Shown: positions 40,601 through 51,520, counted from the first letter of the stretch. The stretch is 64,000 bases of DNA from Marsupella aquatica (GCA_973895155.1 OZ316895.1:6316136-6380135), one strand, 5' to 3'. Translations and numbers: made by a program. The notes: generated from the sequence alone by a model not told the origin.

Positions 40601-40881
40601 TTCCACGATTCTGTACCCAATGATATTGTCCAGGAAGAGTTTCCAAAATCTGTCAAAGGATGCTCAACAAAAATAGCGTCTAACACCTTCTCCTGTGATT
40701 TTGGTTCAACCATTCTGACTTCCTGAAATCAAGTCCAACAATGCAAAGTCAGCTCTGTTTGTTTTTCAAGTTCAGTTGCAGAATTCAGATTCATGATTTC
40801 ATGAAGCAAGGTTCTTACCTTGACAGTGGAGTTGGAAGTTGAATTTGCAGTGCCTGTTGTTCCCGCTTAGAAGAGTGTCAT
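37670..40881 (-). pseudogene. Four-exon ParB/Srx-like domain + beta-class N6-adenine/N4-cytosine DNA methyltransferase fusion (~974 codons, 3 in-frame stops)
   Basis: Predicted exons 40881-40819, 40722-38899, 38808-38330 and 38228-37670 with GT-AG introns join in one frame (2925 nt). Motifs: YYVIGGNH (ParB-like), LALANIPYG (motif IV), CIWVK..RLNNNFE, YQKPRVLL, GDWVLDICSGSG..GRHCVAVEID (motif I, SAM binding). Stops: TAA in exon 1, TGA at 39883 and 39037. Exon 1 is the least certain part. Confidence 0.85.
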
Positions 40882-41039
40882 TGGTATTTTTATCCCTGAT
40901 TTTGGCTTAGCTTATCTCCTTCACCTCCCTGGCAGATGCCTAAGCTGATGGACCCCTCCCCACTTAATGTCGTTTGCAATGTCCTCCCCAATTTGGACCT
41001 TGTCCCTTCGGCAATGGTCGATCCTCCCCAGGCCTTCGA

Positions 41040-41470
41040 CTAAAGCTCTCTCCCTCGCAGCGCCTTGTCAATTTTCCTCCCCCCCGGCCTTAGCCAATTT
41101 CTTCCTCCCCCTGGCCTTCGCCAATTTCTTCCTCCCCTGGCGCTTCGACTATTTTCCTCCCCCCGGCCTCGACACTTTTTCCTCCCCCCGGCCTTGACAC
41201 TTTTTCCTCCCCCCGGCCTGCGCCTCGACACTATTTCCTCCCCCAGGCCTTTGCCAATTTTTCCTCCCCTGGCCGGTGCTTTGAGTAATTCCCCTCCCCG
41301 AGGCCGGCGCTTCTTCCCCGCGCCCCCGGCTGCGCCTCGACAATTTGTCCTCCCCCCGGCCTTTGCCAATTTTGCATCCCTCCCCTGGCCTTCAAAAATT
41401 TCTCCTCCCTCCCACGAACTTTGCCAATTTCCTCTCCCCAGGCCTTTGACAATTCCTCCCCGAAAACTCT
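41040..41470. repeat. C-rich tandem array (~27-31-bp units) inside the MTase element
   Basis: Units like (GCCAA/GACAC)TTTT(T)CCTCCCCC(C)GGCCT repeated more than 10 times. Confidence 0.85.
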
Positions 41471-41640
41471 CTCCTAAGCGCAAACTTGCACGACAGCTTT
41501 TGATCTTGATGTCTCCTAACCAAATTTCTTCCACTCCCTTCCACGATTAATCCTCCATTCCACGACCGATCTGCGCCTCAACAGCCAGGAAATTACAGAG
41601 CTGCACCAGATGTTGGTCCGCCCCCGATTTTCAGTTCCAG

Positions 41641-41729
41641 TTTAGGGATTCAACCCAACTCCTATTCAGACCCTTCAACCTAACTCCTATTCATGAGTTC
41701 ATGGATAGGAGTTGGGTTGAATCCCTAAA
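41641..41729. repeat. Long inverted repeat / hairpin
   Basis: TTTAGGGATTCAACCCAACTCCTAT (41641-41665) pairs with ATAGGAGTTGGGTTGAATCCCTAAA (41705-41729). Confidence 0.85.
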
Positions 41730-41766
41730 ATCCTATTCATGAATTCATGGATTCAATCAATCTCTC

Positions 41767-42450
41767 TTGCTTGAAGAAAGACCTTTGATCTCTCCATTTG
41801 AATGGCCCAAGGCACAAGGGGATACAAATGTTGAAGCTCATCTCGAAGCTGAACCTCTTACAACTATATTGAATGAGGAAGAAATTGAAGAGAGAGTGTA
41901 CAGTCCAACTAGAGAAACTTATGTTGGTCCATATCGAAATCAAGAAAAGATAGATGCAAAGAAGGAGAATATGGAAGGTGATTTTTTGGATTTGGAAATC
42001 AACACATTTATTTCTGTGGCCGGAGAGAAGTCTGAATCATTTTGGGTGGCTAAAGTAGAAAAAATTGTTCTTCGCGATGAGGCTCACATCCCAAAGATTA
42101 TCTCAGTTTTGTGGCATGCAGCAAAGAAAGGATCCGACCCTTGGAAAGGAAAATATCTACCAGAAGTGTTGAGTTACAAGAAGAAGAAAAGTGGACGAGG
42201 CAAGGGAACCTTGAAACCAGTTTGGTTTCGTCAAGACCTTGATCTGTCTTCAACTACGGTCTTTGCATATAATTTTATGCTAACAAGGTCTGATACTCTT
42301 TACAAGAAAACAATAGATCGTATTAAAATACGACTCTCAGAATTTCTCAAGGAGGAGAAAGACCAAGAAGGTGAAGGTAGCATAGTTAGAAATTATGAAC
42401 AAGAAACTTCAATGGAAGTTCGGACTCTAGAAATGAATGGTAGGAATTGA
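41767..42450 (+). CDS. 5'-truncated ORF, probable C-terminal part of the element's transposase or accessory protein (SH3/BAH-like beta domain)
   Basis: 227-aa stop-free frame starting just after the hairpin, with no upstream ATG in frame. LEINTFISVAGEKSESFWVAKVEKI...IISVLWH resembles chromo/BAH/SH3-type barrels. Lies inside the TIRs. Confidence 0.5.
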   Translation: MLEERPLISPFEWPKAQGDTNVEAHLEAEPLTTILNEEEIEERVYSPTRETYVGPYRNQEKIDAKKENMEGDFLDLEINTFISVAGEKSESFWVAKVEKIVLRDEAHIPKIISVLWHAAKKGSDPWKGKYLPEVLSYKKKKSGRGKGTLKPVWFRQDLDLSSTTVFAYNFMLTRSDTLYKKTIDRIKIRLSEFLKEEKDQEGEGSIVRNYEQETSMEVRTLEMNGRN

Positions 42451-43274
42451 GATTTACCAATCTTAGCAATTTTGTCAAACAAGAGTATTTGCAATTTATT
42501 ATTGTTTGAGTTGGTGGCAAACCATAAATGTTGTGAATGATGAATTCATGAATCATATTGAAAGAAGTTTGACATTTTGAGAATGTCCATCGTGTGGGCA
42601 GTCTTGTTTGAGAAATTCAGAAAACAAAATATTAACTAAAAGAGGTACCTTCTAGAATCCCATATATATTTGAAAGCTTTTGATATACTCGTCATTCCCT
42701 TTGTGTGAATGATGGTTTTTCTTGGTAAATGAACCCTAGGATCCTACAAACTGCAAAATAATTCGGAAATCTTGACCCTCTTTTGAAAACTTTACATATT
42801 TGGGATGTCAATGAACTTTAGGGTGGTATTTCAAGGGTGAATGTGTTATTGAGCCGATTGAATGTGTGCTAGTAATAAATTGCAACATTGAAATATGTGG
42901 TATTTGCTTATTAAATGTTTCCCACAACCAGTTTTGTGATTTTGAGTAGTCAACATGATGCCCTATTTTGTGTTTTTTTGCAAGTTTTGAGTTCTTGCCA
43001 AAAAAAGAGCTTGTTTTTAGATGCATTTTTTGGCTTTTTCCATATTTTCAAGGTTTTTTATCATTAGTTCTTATACATTGGGCTTATTACCCATCCTTTA
43101 AGGCTTCATGTTAGTTGCCTCCTCTTGACTTGGCCCAGCATACACTTACACGTACTAGTAAGACTCTTAGTGATGAGAACTCTGAATGAGTTTGAGGTTC
43201 ATCCTCCTGTCATATTTATAGTGCTTGGTACAAAGTTTCTTTCAAAAGCTCGCATGCCTAAGGAAATATCTCAA

Positions 43275-43475
43275 GTTCCTTCCTAGCACACCTTACTAAG
43301 AACTTTCTATGGTTCTTTCCTAGCACACCTCGCTCAGAATCTTCTATGTTTTTTTCCTAGCACACCTTACTAAAAAATTTCTATGGTTCCTTCCTTGCAC
43401 ACCTCGCTAGGAACCTTCTATGGTTCCCTCCTATCACACCTTACTGGGAAGTCAACCTTCTATGGTTCCTTCCTT
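43275..43475. repeat. About five copies of a ~38-bp tandem repeat
   Basis: TTCCTAGCACACCT(T/C)(A/G)CT..GAAC.TTCTATGGTTC units. Confidence 0.8.
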
Positions 43476-43621
43476 GTTTACAATACTTGTGTCCATTTCG
43501 ATCATTTCTTTCAACGTCAAACTACCTCATTGCCTATTGTAAGAAGACTTCCTAGGTATCTTACAAAAGTATTCTAAAATTCTCTTTATGAAATATTCTA
43601 GGAATTTATCTTTAAGACAAT

Positions 43622-43935
43622 TGTTAAAGAATATTCTAAGTTATTACAAATATACACAGTGGGAAGAAATTGTTGAGAGCCCCCCTCTCATTTTAGACAG
43701 GTATGACAGGTGCAAGTAGAGGGGCAACACCAAAGTAAGTTTTGTCTTAAGGGATTGAATGAATGGACAACCGTCAATTGGTGGTCAAACTATTTAAAGT
43801 AAATGCCTAATTGCAATGATAATTAAATTACATGGAGCAACGGCTAGTAGGTGGCATGGTAGTTAGCGCCCGAGTTAGGGTGATGAATGGGAGAACCCAA
43901 GGACAATTTATGTATGCATTAGTCCTGAACTTTCA
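43622..43935 (-). mobile_element. Solo LTR of a second copia family (family B)
   Basis: TGTTAAAG...GAACTTTCA with TSD ACAAT on both sides. Homologous to the PBS-adjacent LTR at 63037-63371. Confidence 0.8.
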
Positions 43936-45217
43936 ACAATAATAGCCGCCAGACGTGCGATCCACTGCCCCTCCCTCCCCTTCCTGGACTAGCCTAACCC
44001 TCCTCGTTTGCCCCACGTTCTTTTTCCCCCTCCCTCCGCCACCGGTTTCTTTCTCCAATAATAGATGAGAGCCAAATTTTGTAGAATAGATGTCATAGGG
44101 AAGGAGCCCAAAGAGGCATGGTCGTGTGGTAGCCCAGTTAAGTTGAAATGATAGGTCTAGAGTTTAAATATTGTGACTAATTTTTCCCTTAAATATGTGA
44201 GCGTTGATTTTGGAGGAAGGAGAACCTTTGTTTCATTTCAAGAGACAAGTGCTTCAAAGGACAAGCAAGAGTGGATTGTAGCAATGCAAACAGACTGAGA
44301 TGTAATCATTGAAGAACAACAAAACTTGGAAGCTTATCAAACTACTTGAGGGACAACAAATGGATTTACAAAGATTTGATCCACAAGAGGAGGATGGAAG
44401 GTCTACAAGGCTAGGTTGGTAGCCAAGGGATTCACATAGGCAAAATGTGTGGATTGCAATGAGGTTCTCTCACCAAATGCTAAATAAATCTTTACAATTA
44501 TACAGCTATTGTGTGTACTGTCTTGTTGTTATGTTTGATGTGCTGCTAGATTAGATGAATGTTACAGTCACAAATTTTCTCTATGGCACCTTGGAAGATG
44601 TGATTTTTATGAGATAGTCATTAGGTTTTGTGAAAAAAGAATATGAGGCATTGGTTTGCATATTGCTAAAATCCTTGTATGGGTTGAAGCAATGACCAAG
44701 ATAATGGAATAAGCGGTTAGACAATTGGATCCATCCACATGGTTTTCACAAAAAAAGTGTTTGACTCTTGTGTGTAGTTGAAACCGATGAAGAATGTTGT
44801 TTTTGGGTTCATTGTTTTAGTACTTTATGTGGATGACATGCTTATTGCGGCCAAAGATAGGTGTGAGATTGTTAAGCTCAAGACATTACTTAGTGCAAAG
44901 TTTAAGATGAAGATTTTAGGGTCAACAAGGAGGATTTTGCGTATGGAGATCACTAGGGACTTGGAGGCCCGCTTGGAGGCTAGTAAGCTATGGTTGACAC
45001 AAAGCAGTTAAGCAAGAAAGGTTCAATATGGGGAATAACAATCCAATAAATACCCCTTTGGTTGCATACTCCAGATTGTCATCAGGTTTTTGTCCCACAA
45101 ATTTGATAGAGAAAGGGCTAATGTCAAAGGTTGCTTATAATAAGTCAGTGAGGAGACTAATGTATGTTAGATATTTACTCTTACATCTAGGGTTACGACA
45201 TGTAGTTACCATAGTTA

Positions 45218-48200
45218 TGTTAGATATTGCTCTAGTCTTGTGACTCTTGTGCTAACCACAATTAGGCTAACTCGGGTTAGGACCTAGCTAAGGTTAGCGG
45301 TAGTGCTGTTGTGCATATAGACAGGGCTAATACCAGACCCTGGTGGAACTTAGGCTCATTGTTACGGAGCTAGTTGAGAGATAGGGAGAGCTTGTGCTGT
45401 GGATGCTTGGTATGGCCGGTCGGCCTAGAGTGCAGTAAAGCTCTTGTGTGTTCCCGTGGACGTAGCCTCATGTGGAGGTGAACCACGTATCTCTCTGTGT
45501 CGACTATTGTGCGTTGGATGGTTCATGGGCTTGCCGTTGCGAATGTCGTCTATGCTCAACAAGTGGTATCAGAGCATGCCTGGGAGGTGACGAGGTTTTT
45601 TTGTGACAGGTGTTTTCCAACGTTCATTGTCGATGGTACATTCGGAGTTTCGTCGCATGAAACTCGAATGTGTGTGGCTGTGCGGATAGGTTAGTGAAAG
45701 GGCTTTCTAACGGTGGTTAGAACCTGCTGATCGGTATCCGTGGTGCGAAGTAATCAAAGTTTGCGTCGTTCAGGTTTTATTCATGTTCGACGGTATTTTT
45801 GGGAGAGTGACCAGGGTTTACGTTTTTCAACGGTGTGAGTTGTGCGGTGCGGGAGGGATCGCACATTATAGCTTAAGTTGAAGGTTGAAGCGAGCTGGTC
45901 ATTTCGATAGCTGCATTGCTGCCGAGTTGTTACCGAGTGCGACGTGACGAGTGACGGAGGCGTTCAGGTTTTTTCACAAGCTATGGAGCTTGTTCTCATC
46001 TGAACCGGTTTTTTCTTTGTAACGTCCGACTCGGTGGAAGAGACGTGAAGTGCTACGGCTCAACGGTTTGATCGCGGTGAGGCGGTTGTTTTGAGCCCGG
46101 GATTGGCACTTGATGCGGAGTGAAGGTGACGTGATGGAATTTTTTTATTCTGCTGGAGCAGTAGATTGCGCCGGTGCAATTTGGCAACATTTCCCGTCGG
46201 CGGCGTTCACTTTCCTCACTTAAAACAGCGGCATTCAAGGTGTGTAAACGACTTTTTTGTTTTAAAGTCAAATCTTGGCTTAGGTTAGGGCCACTTTTGG
46301 TGTGTATACACACCCTCCCAGCCCTTGGTCCCCCATCGTTTCCCCTTGTACGCCCGACCCCCCCGCACCTTGTTTTCCCCTCATCCTTCAGCCGCGGCGA
46401 CGAGCTGCGCAACACCGGCCGGCGCTTTTCGCGCCCTCATACGCCCTCCGCCATACCACGCCAGTCGCTGCCTCGGCCCCGCCCTGACGTCGTATGGCCG
46501 GCCTTGCATGTGTACGCGGCTGCGTATGCATCCGCTCTATTACACCGCCCTAGTAACCCCAAGGCGTACTCCCGGCCTTACGCCCTTCGGGCCCGCCCGT
46601 TCATACTGTATTTTTTTATTAGGGGCTTAAGCACCCCCTTTAGGGCCATTATTTTGCCTCTTTTTCCTCCTTATTGGTTTCCTTTTGTGCCGGGACCTGC
46701 CGCCCTCCGTTTAAACCGCTTGGACAGGGGGAACGGCCCCCTGTGAGACCTGCTGTACTGTGCGGGAATATTCCCAAAAAACAGAGAGCTTCTGGACACA
46801 TCATCAAGCAACTGGATGATTATGCGGATTGCGCGTCATTGTTCAAGGCTCTTAGAGAGAAATACTACCGGGAAGATGTGTCAGACCGGCTGTACAAGAA
46901 GTCTCTCTTGATGAGACTTAGGCTCAAGGAAGGGAGCAAGATGCAGGATCACCTGGATGAATTTGATAGTCTTGCGGTGGATCTGTCAAACCTGGGAAAA
47001 GGAGTTGAAGATGAGGATAAGACCTTGCTTCTGCTAAGCTCCTTACCGCCGTCTTATTAGGGCTTGAAATAGGTTCTCTTGTATAGAGATTTGAAGTCCA
47101 TTTCGTATAATGAGATGGTGAGCTCATTACTGTCTGATGATGCTCAGAAGAAGCTGGGTCAATCACAGACAGCATCTTCTTCTGGCATTGCGCTGAATGT
47201 GAACAGGGGAAGAGTAGTGCAGCGCACGAATGGACAGAACAGGTTTAGATCTACAACACGGGGGAGATCTAAATCCAGAGGGAAATCGCAAGAGAGGAAG
47301 CCTCTTGCATGTTGGAATTGTGGCAAGCCTGGTCACATGAAAAGGGATTGTCGAGTAAAGGTCCCTATTGCCTCTGCTAATGCGGCATCGAGCTCGCATG
47401 AGGTAGATTTACTCGATGATGATGACATATTGTGATGTCAAGGTTATGCTCTCAACGTAATGTCAAATCCAGGTAAAGATGACTGGATTCTAGATAGTGC
47501 ATGTACTTTTCACATTTGCTCTAGAAGAGATTGTTTCAGTTCTACACGGTTTCCAACGGGTCAGTGTTGATGGGAAATGGAATCCATGTCAAGTTGTTGG
47601 ACTTGGATCTGTAAGATTTCAGATGTTTGATGGTGCTGTGAGAACATTGAGGAATGTGAGACATATTCCTGGCATGATGAAAAATCTCATTTCACTTGGA
47701 GTTTTAGAAGCAAATAGCCACCAGTGGAGCTCTGCTAATGGTGTCCTTCAGGTTTCAACTGGTACTAAAGTTGTATTGAAGGGAAAGAGACATAGCAATC
47801 TATATATTTTGGAGGGCAGTGTAGTTTATGATGAAGCCAATGTAACCTTATCTCATGAGGAGACGGCCCGGCTGTGGCACTTCCGTTTGGGCCACATGAG
47901 TGAAAAAGGTTTGGTTATTCTTTAGAAGAAAGGATTACTTTCTAATTTGCAATCTTGTAAGTTGGAATTTTGTGAGCACTGTGTGCTAGGGAAGCAGCAC
48001 AGGAAACCCTTCGGAGTTGGAACTCACACTAGCAAGGAGGTACTTGAGTATGTACATAGTGATGTGTGGGGCCCAGCCCCTACTCCCTCATATTCTGGAC
48101 GGTTATACTATGTCACGTTCATAGACGATTACTCAAGGTATGTGTGGATATACTTTCTACACAATAAGTCTGATGTTTTGGCCACTTTTAAGGAGTGGAA

Positions 48201-50041
48201 AGCCCAAGTTGAGAATCAGACTGGTAATAAGGTGAGATATCTTCAATCGGATAACGGCGGTGAATACAGTTCCGCGGAATTTGGAACATATTGTAAGGAG
48301 CAGGGGATTACCCGCCATCTCACAACAAGTTATACTCCTCAGCAGAATGGTGTTTCTGAGAGACTCAACCGAACACTATTGGACCACTCGAGGAGTATGT
48401 TGAGTCAATCATGCTTACCACATGAGTTTTGGGCTGAAGTTTTTCAAGGATGGTGTATGATCCTTGTGTGTATACGAAATTAGTCAAGAATGATGTATTT
48501 GGTTTCATCATTCTGGTGATTTATGTGGATGACATGCTGATTGTGGCTAAAGATCAATCTGAGGTTGACAGTCTCAAGGCAAAATTGAGTGCTGAATTCA
48601 GGATGAAGGATCTTGGTAAGGCCAAGAGAATCTTAGGGATGGAGATTTTTAGGAACTCTGAGACTGGACAGTTGTGCTTGAGTCAAGGCCAGTATGCGAG
48701 GAAAGTACTTGCACGATTCAACATGGAAAACTGTAAGCCAGTGAGTATTCCTTTAGCTTCACATTTCAAGTTATCATTGGCTTTCTCTCCTACGGAGACT
48801 GTGGAGAAAGGTCTGATGGCTAAGATTCCTTATGAGAAGGCAGTAGGCAGTCTGATGTATTTGATGACTTGTACTAGGCCTGACTTGGCCCTAGCGATGG
48901 GCAAGGTTAGCAGATTCATGTCAAATCCAGGGAAGGTACACTGGGAAGCTGTGAAATGGATTCTCAGGTATGTGAAGGGAACACAGGACTATGGATTACT
49001 ATTTGATAACAGATCAGATAGAACGTTGGTTGGCTATGTAGATTCTGACTATGGAGGCTGTCTGGATACAAGGAGGTCTACAACTGAGTTTGTATACACT
49101 CTTGGAGGAGGATGTATCAGTTGGAAATCTACCTTGCAGAAGTGCATATCTTAGTCTACTACAGAAGTAGAGTATGTTGCAGCAGCAGAAGCAGCAAAGG
49201 AAGCAATTTGGTTGGATAAGTTGATCGCAGAGATGGGTTTAGAGCATGGAAAAATGACTCTAAACTGTGATAGTCAGAGTGCTCTTCACTTGGCTGCTAA
49301 CCAGGTGATGGATAGCAGGGTGAAGCACATTGATATCAGGTACCATTTTATCAGGCAAGCAGTGTTTGATAAAAATTTTGAGCTAGTCAAGATTGATGGA
49401 AAGCTCAATCCCGCTGATGCCTTTACCAAAGTGATTCATTTGGAGAGCTTCTCAAGACACCGTGCTACTTTGCAGGTTTTGCAGTTGTAGTGCAAGTAGA
49501 GTTATTTAGCAATGTGTGACTATTTGTATATGGATTACTCATTCCTGTTAGGCTATGACTTAGTTCTAGTTAACCCTTAGTTAACCCTTGTGGTTTTTAG
49601 GGGGAGACCTGGTTTGGTGATTGTCTAGAACTTCCCGCTGAGGATTCCATATGGTAGCATTTAGTCCAGTCCCCAAGATAAGAGTCAAGGGGGAGTTTGT
49701 TAGATATTGCTCTAGTCTTGTGACTCTTGTGCTAACCACAGTTAGGCTAACTTGGGTTAGGACCTAGCTAAGGTTAGCGGTAGTGCTGTTGTGCATATAG
49801 CCAGGGCTGATGCCAGACCCAGGTGGAACTTAGGCTCATTGTTACAGAGCTAGTTGAGAGATAGGGAGAGCTTGTGCTGTGGATGCTTGGTATGGCCGGT
49901 CGGCCTAGAGTGCAGTAAAGCTCTTGTGTGTTCCCGTGGACGTAGCCTCATGTGGAGGTGAACCACGTATCTCTCTGTGTCGACTATTGTGCGTTGGATG
50001 GTTCATGGGCTTGCCGTTGCGAATGTCGTCTATGCTCAACA
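45218..50041 (+). mobile_element. Internally deleted Ty1/copia element #3
   Basis: 344-bp LTRs (45218-45561, 49698-50041; about 7 differences), TSD AGTTA, PBS at 45564-45575, PPT AAGGGGGAG. Deletions remove the gag 5' part (~46790) and INT C-term/RT N-term (~48440). Confidence 0.96.
46790..49490 (+). pseudogene. gag-pol: Gag-pol remnants of copia #3 (divergent from #1/#2)
   Basis: CWNCGKPGHMKRDC, WILDSACTFHIC, LWHFRLGH, SDVWGP, SDNGGEY, YVDDML, CDSQSA; several stops and frameshifts. Confidence 0.92.
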
Positions 50042-50891
50042 AGTTAGGCTAATCATGGTTGGAGACATGATTAGGTTACTAAGTTGCACACTATATATCC
50101 TAATCGGTGCTTGCTAGGATAAGTGGAACTAAGGCTCATTGTTACAGAGCCACTTGAGAGATAATGAGAGCTTACATTGTGGAGACTTGGTATGATCGAT
50201 GGGCTTAGAGTTCAGTAAAGCTCTTTTGTGTGTTCTCGTGAATGTAGCCTCGAGGAGGTGAACCACTTATCTCTTGTGTAGACTACTTGAAGTGTTGGAT
50301 GTGTCATGGGCTTACTGTTGCGATTGTTGTCTATGCTCAACAATGTATTTGATAACTTGTACTAGAGCTGATCTTGCCATGGTCGGGGCCATGGCTATCA
50401 TGGGTAAGGTGAGTAGGTACATGTCAAATCAAGGGAAGGTACAATGGGAAGCAGTGAAGTGGATTATCAGGTATTTGAAGGGTATAGTGGATCATGGTTT
50501 TTTGTTTGATGCAAACGTAAATAATGCTAGATCATTGATTGACTATGTAGATTTTTACTATGGACAAGCTCTGGACCAGAGGTATGGAGATCAACAATAG
50601 GGTCGGGAATAGGGTATGTGTCCACACTTGGCAATGGATGCATAAGTTAGAGGTCTACATTGCAAAAATTTATAGCTTCAAGAGCACTCTACTACAAAAG
50701 CATTTGAAGTATGTCAAAGCAGAGGAACTTGTAACAAAGAAAACAATTTGGTTGGATAAAATTATTACTACTTAGATAAGATTTTTACATGAAAATGTGA
50801 AGCTCCACTGTGATAGTCAGAGTGTCTGAGCTTCATCCCCGACTTCATCTTGTTGTGAACTAGGTGATGGACAGTACTTAGAGTGAAGCGC

Positions 50892-51520
50892 CCGGTTTGA
50901 AGTGATGGGCAACTTGCCGAGTTGCTCGACACGTAAACTCGGCATTTGCCGGACTAAAATGCCTCCATTTGACGCATATTCGCTCTTATTCCCTGGCCCG
51001 GCCCGAATTTCTCCCGGCCCGGCCCAAACTCTTCCCAACCTCATCCAGGACCCTACCGCCCTTCCCTTCCCGCAAACCGGCCCGGCCCGGCCCCCCTGCC
51101 CTCACCCGGACCTGGCCGGGTCCGGGTGAGGAGGGGAGGGGAGGCCGGGTGAGGAGGTCGAGTGAGGAGGCCGAGGGAAGAGGGGAGGCTAGGTGAGGAG
51201 GCCGGGTGAGGAGGTGAGGAGGCCGGGCCCGAGGGGAGGCCCGGTGAGGAGGGGAGGAGCCGGGTCCGGGTAAGAGGGTCCGGGAATGAAATCCTGGAAA
51301 AGTCCGGGCCGGGCCGGATCTTGGGCCGGGACCGGGAGAGTCAAAAGGGGAGCAAGGCCGGGGGAAGGGGCCGGGGGGAAGGGGGAGAGAGAGGAACTCG
51401 GGCCGGGAGGTCATGGTTGGACCGGGCCGGGACCGGGGGATCGAGACCGGGAGAGTCCGGGTGTCGACTTGCCAGTTGACGGCCTCGAAAGGGTCTATTT
51501 GTCGGGCAAGTCCCAACCGG
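50892..51520. mobile_element. 629-bp GC-rich non-autonomous insertion with 9-bp TSD (MULE-like)
   Basis: GTGAAGCGC duplicated at 50883-50891 and 51521-51529, interrupting the RNase H VK.IDVRY codons. Termini CCGGTT...AACCGG. Confidence 0.8.

Larger units (their letters stand above)
37349..43112. mobile_element. TIR-bounded DNA transposon carrying a ParB-DNA methyltransferase gene (superfamily unassigned; 4-bp TSD as in Sola)
   Basis: Left end AACAAGAAGCCTTAAAGGATGGGT (37349-37372) versus right-end reverse complement AACATGAAGCCTTAAAGGATGGGT (43089-43112): 23/24 match. TSD AGTT at 37345-37348 and 43113-43116. Confidence 0.85.
45165..50342 (+). mobile_element. Solo LTR (family A; 45165-45217 + 50047-50342) inserted in RT and itself split by copia #3
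   Basis: TGTTAGATATTTACTC...CTATGCTCAACA with TSD ATGTA (45160-45164 / 50343-50347) inside the LMYL codons. Confidence 0.9.

Noticed and set aside
37670-40881. Bacterial contamination or chimeric assembly as the source of the MTase
   Set aside because: The gene has frame-restoring spliceosomal introns, is bounded by TIRs and a TSD, and shows the same C>T decay as neighbouring plant transposons.
41040-41550. Pro/Gly/Arg-rich ORFs on both strands (also 50902-51682)
   Set aside because: Stop-poor frames produced by GC-rich repeats.
37360-43101. Alternative reading of the MTase element as Kolobok/piggyBac-like with TTAA TSD (TTAA|AGG...CCT|TTAA)
   Set aside because: The inverted match continues 11 bp beyond the TTAA and is then flanked by an AGTT direct repeat, so TTAA is more likely inside the TIR. 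Not fully excluded without other copies.
43655-43661. CACAGTG (RSS heptamer / Transib-like end), also at ~63090
   Set aside because: Both lie inside family-B LTRs (TG..CA with TSD or PBS), and there is no matching inverted end.
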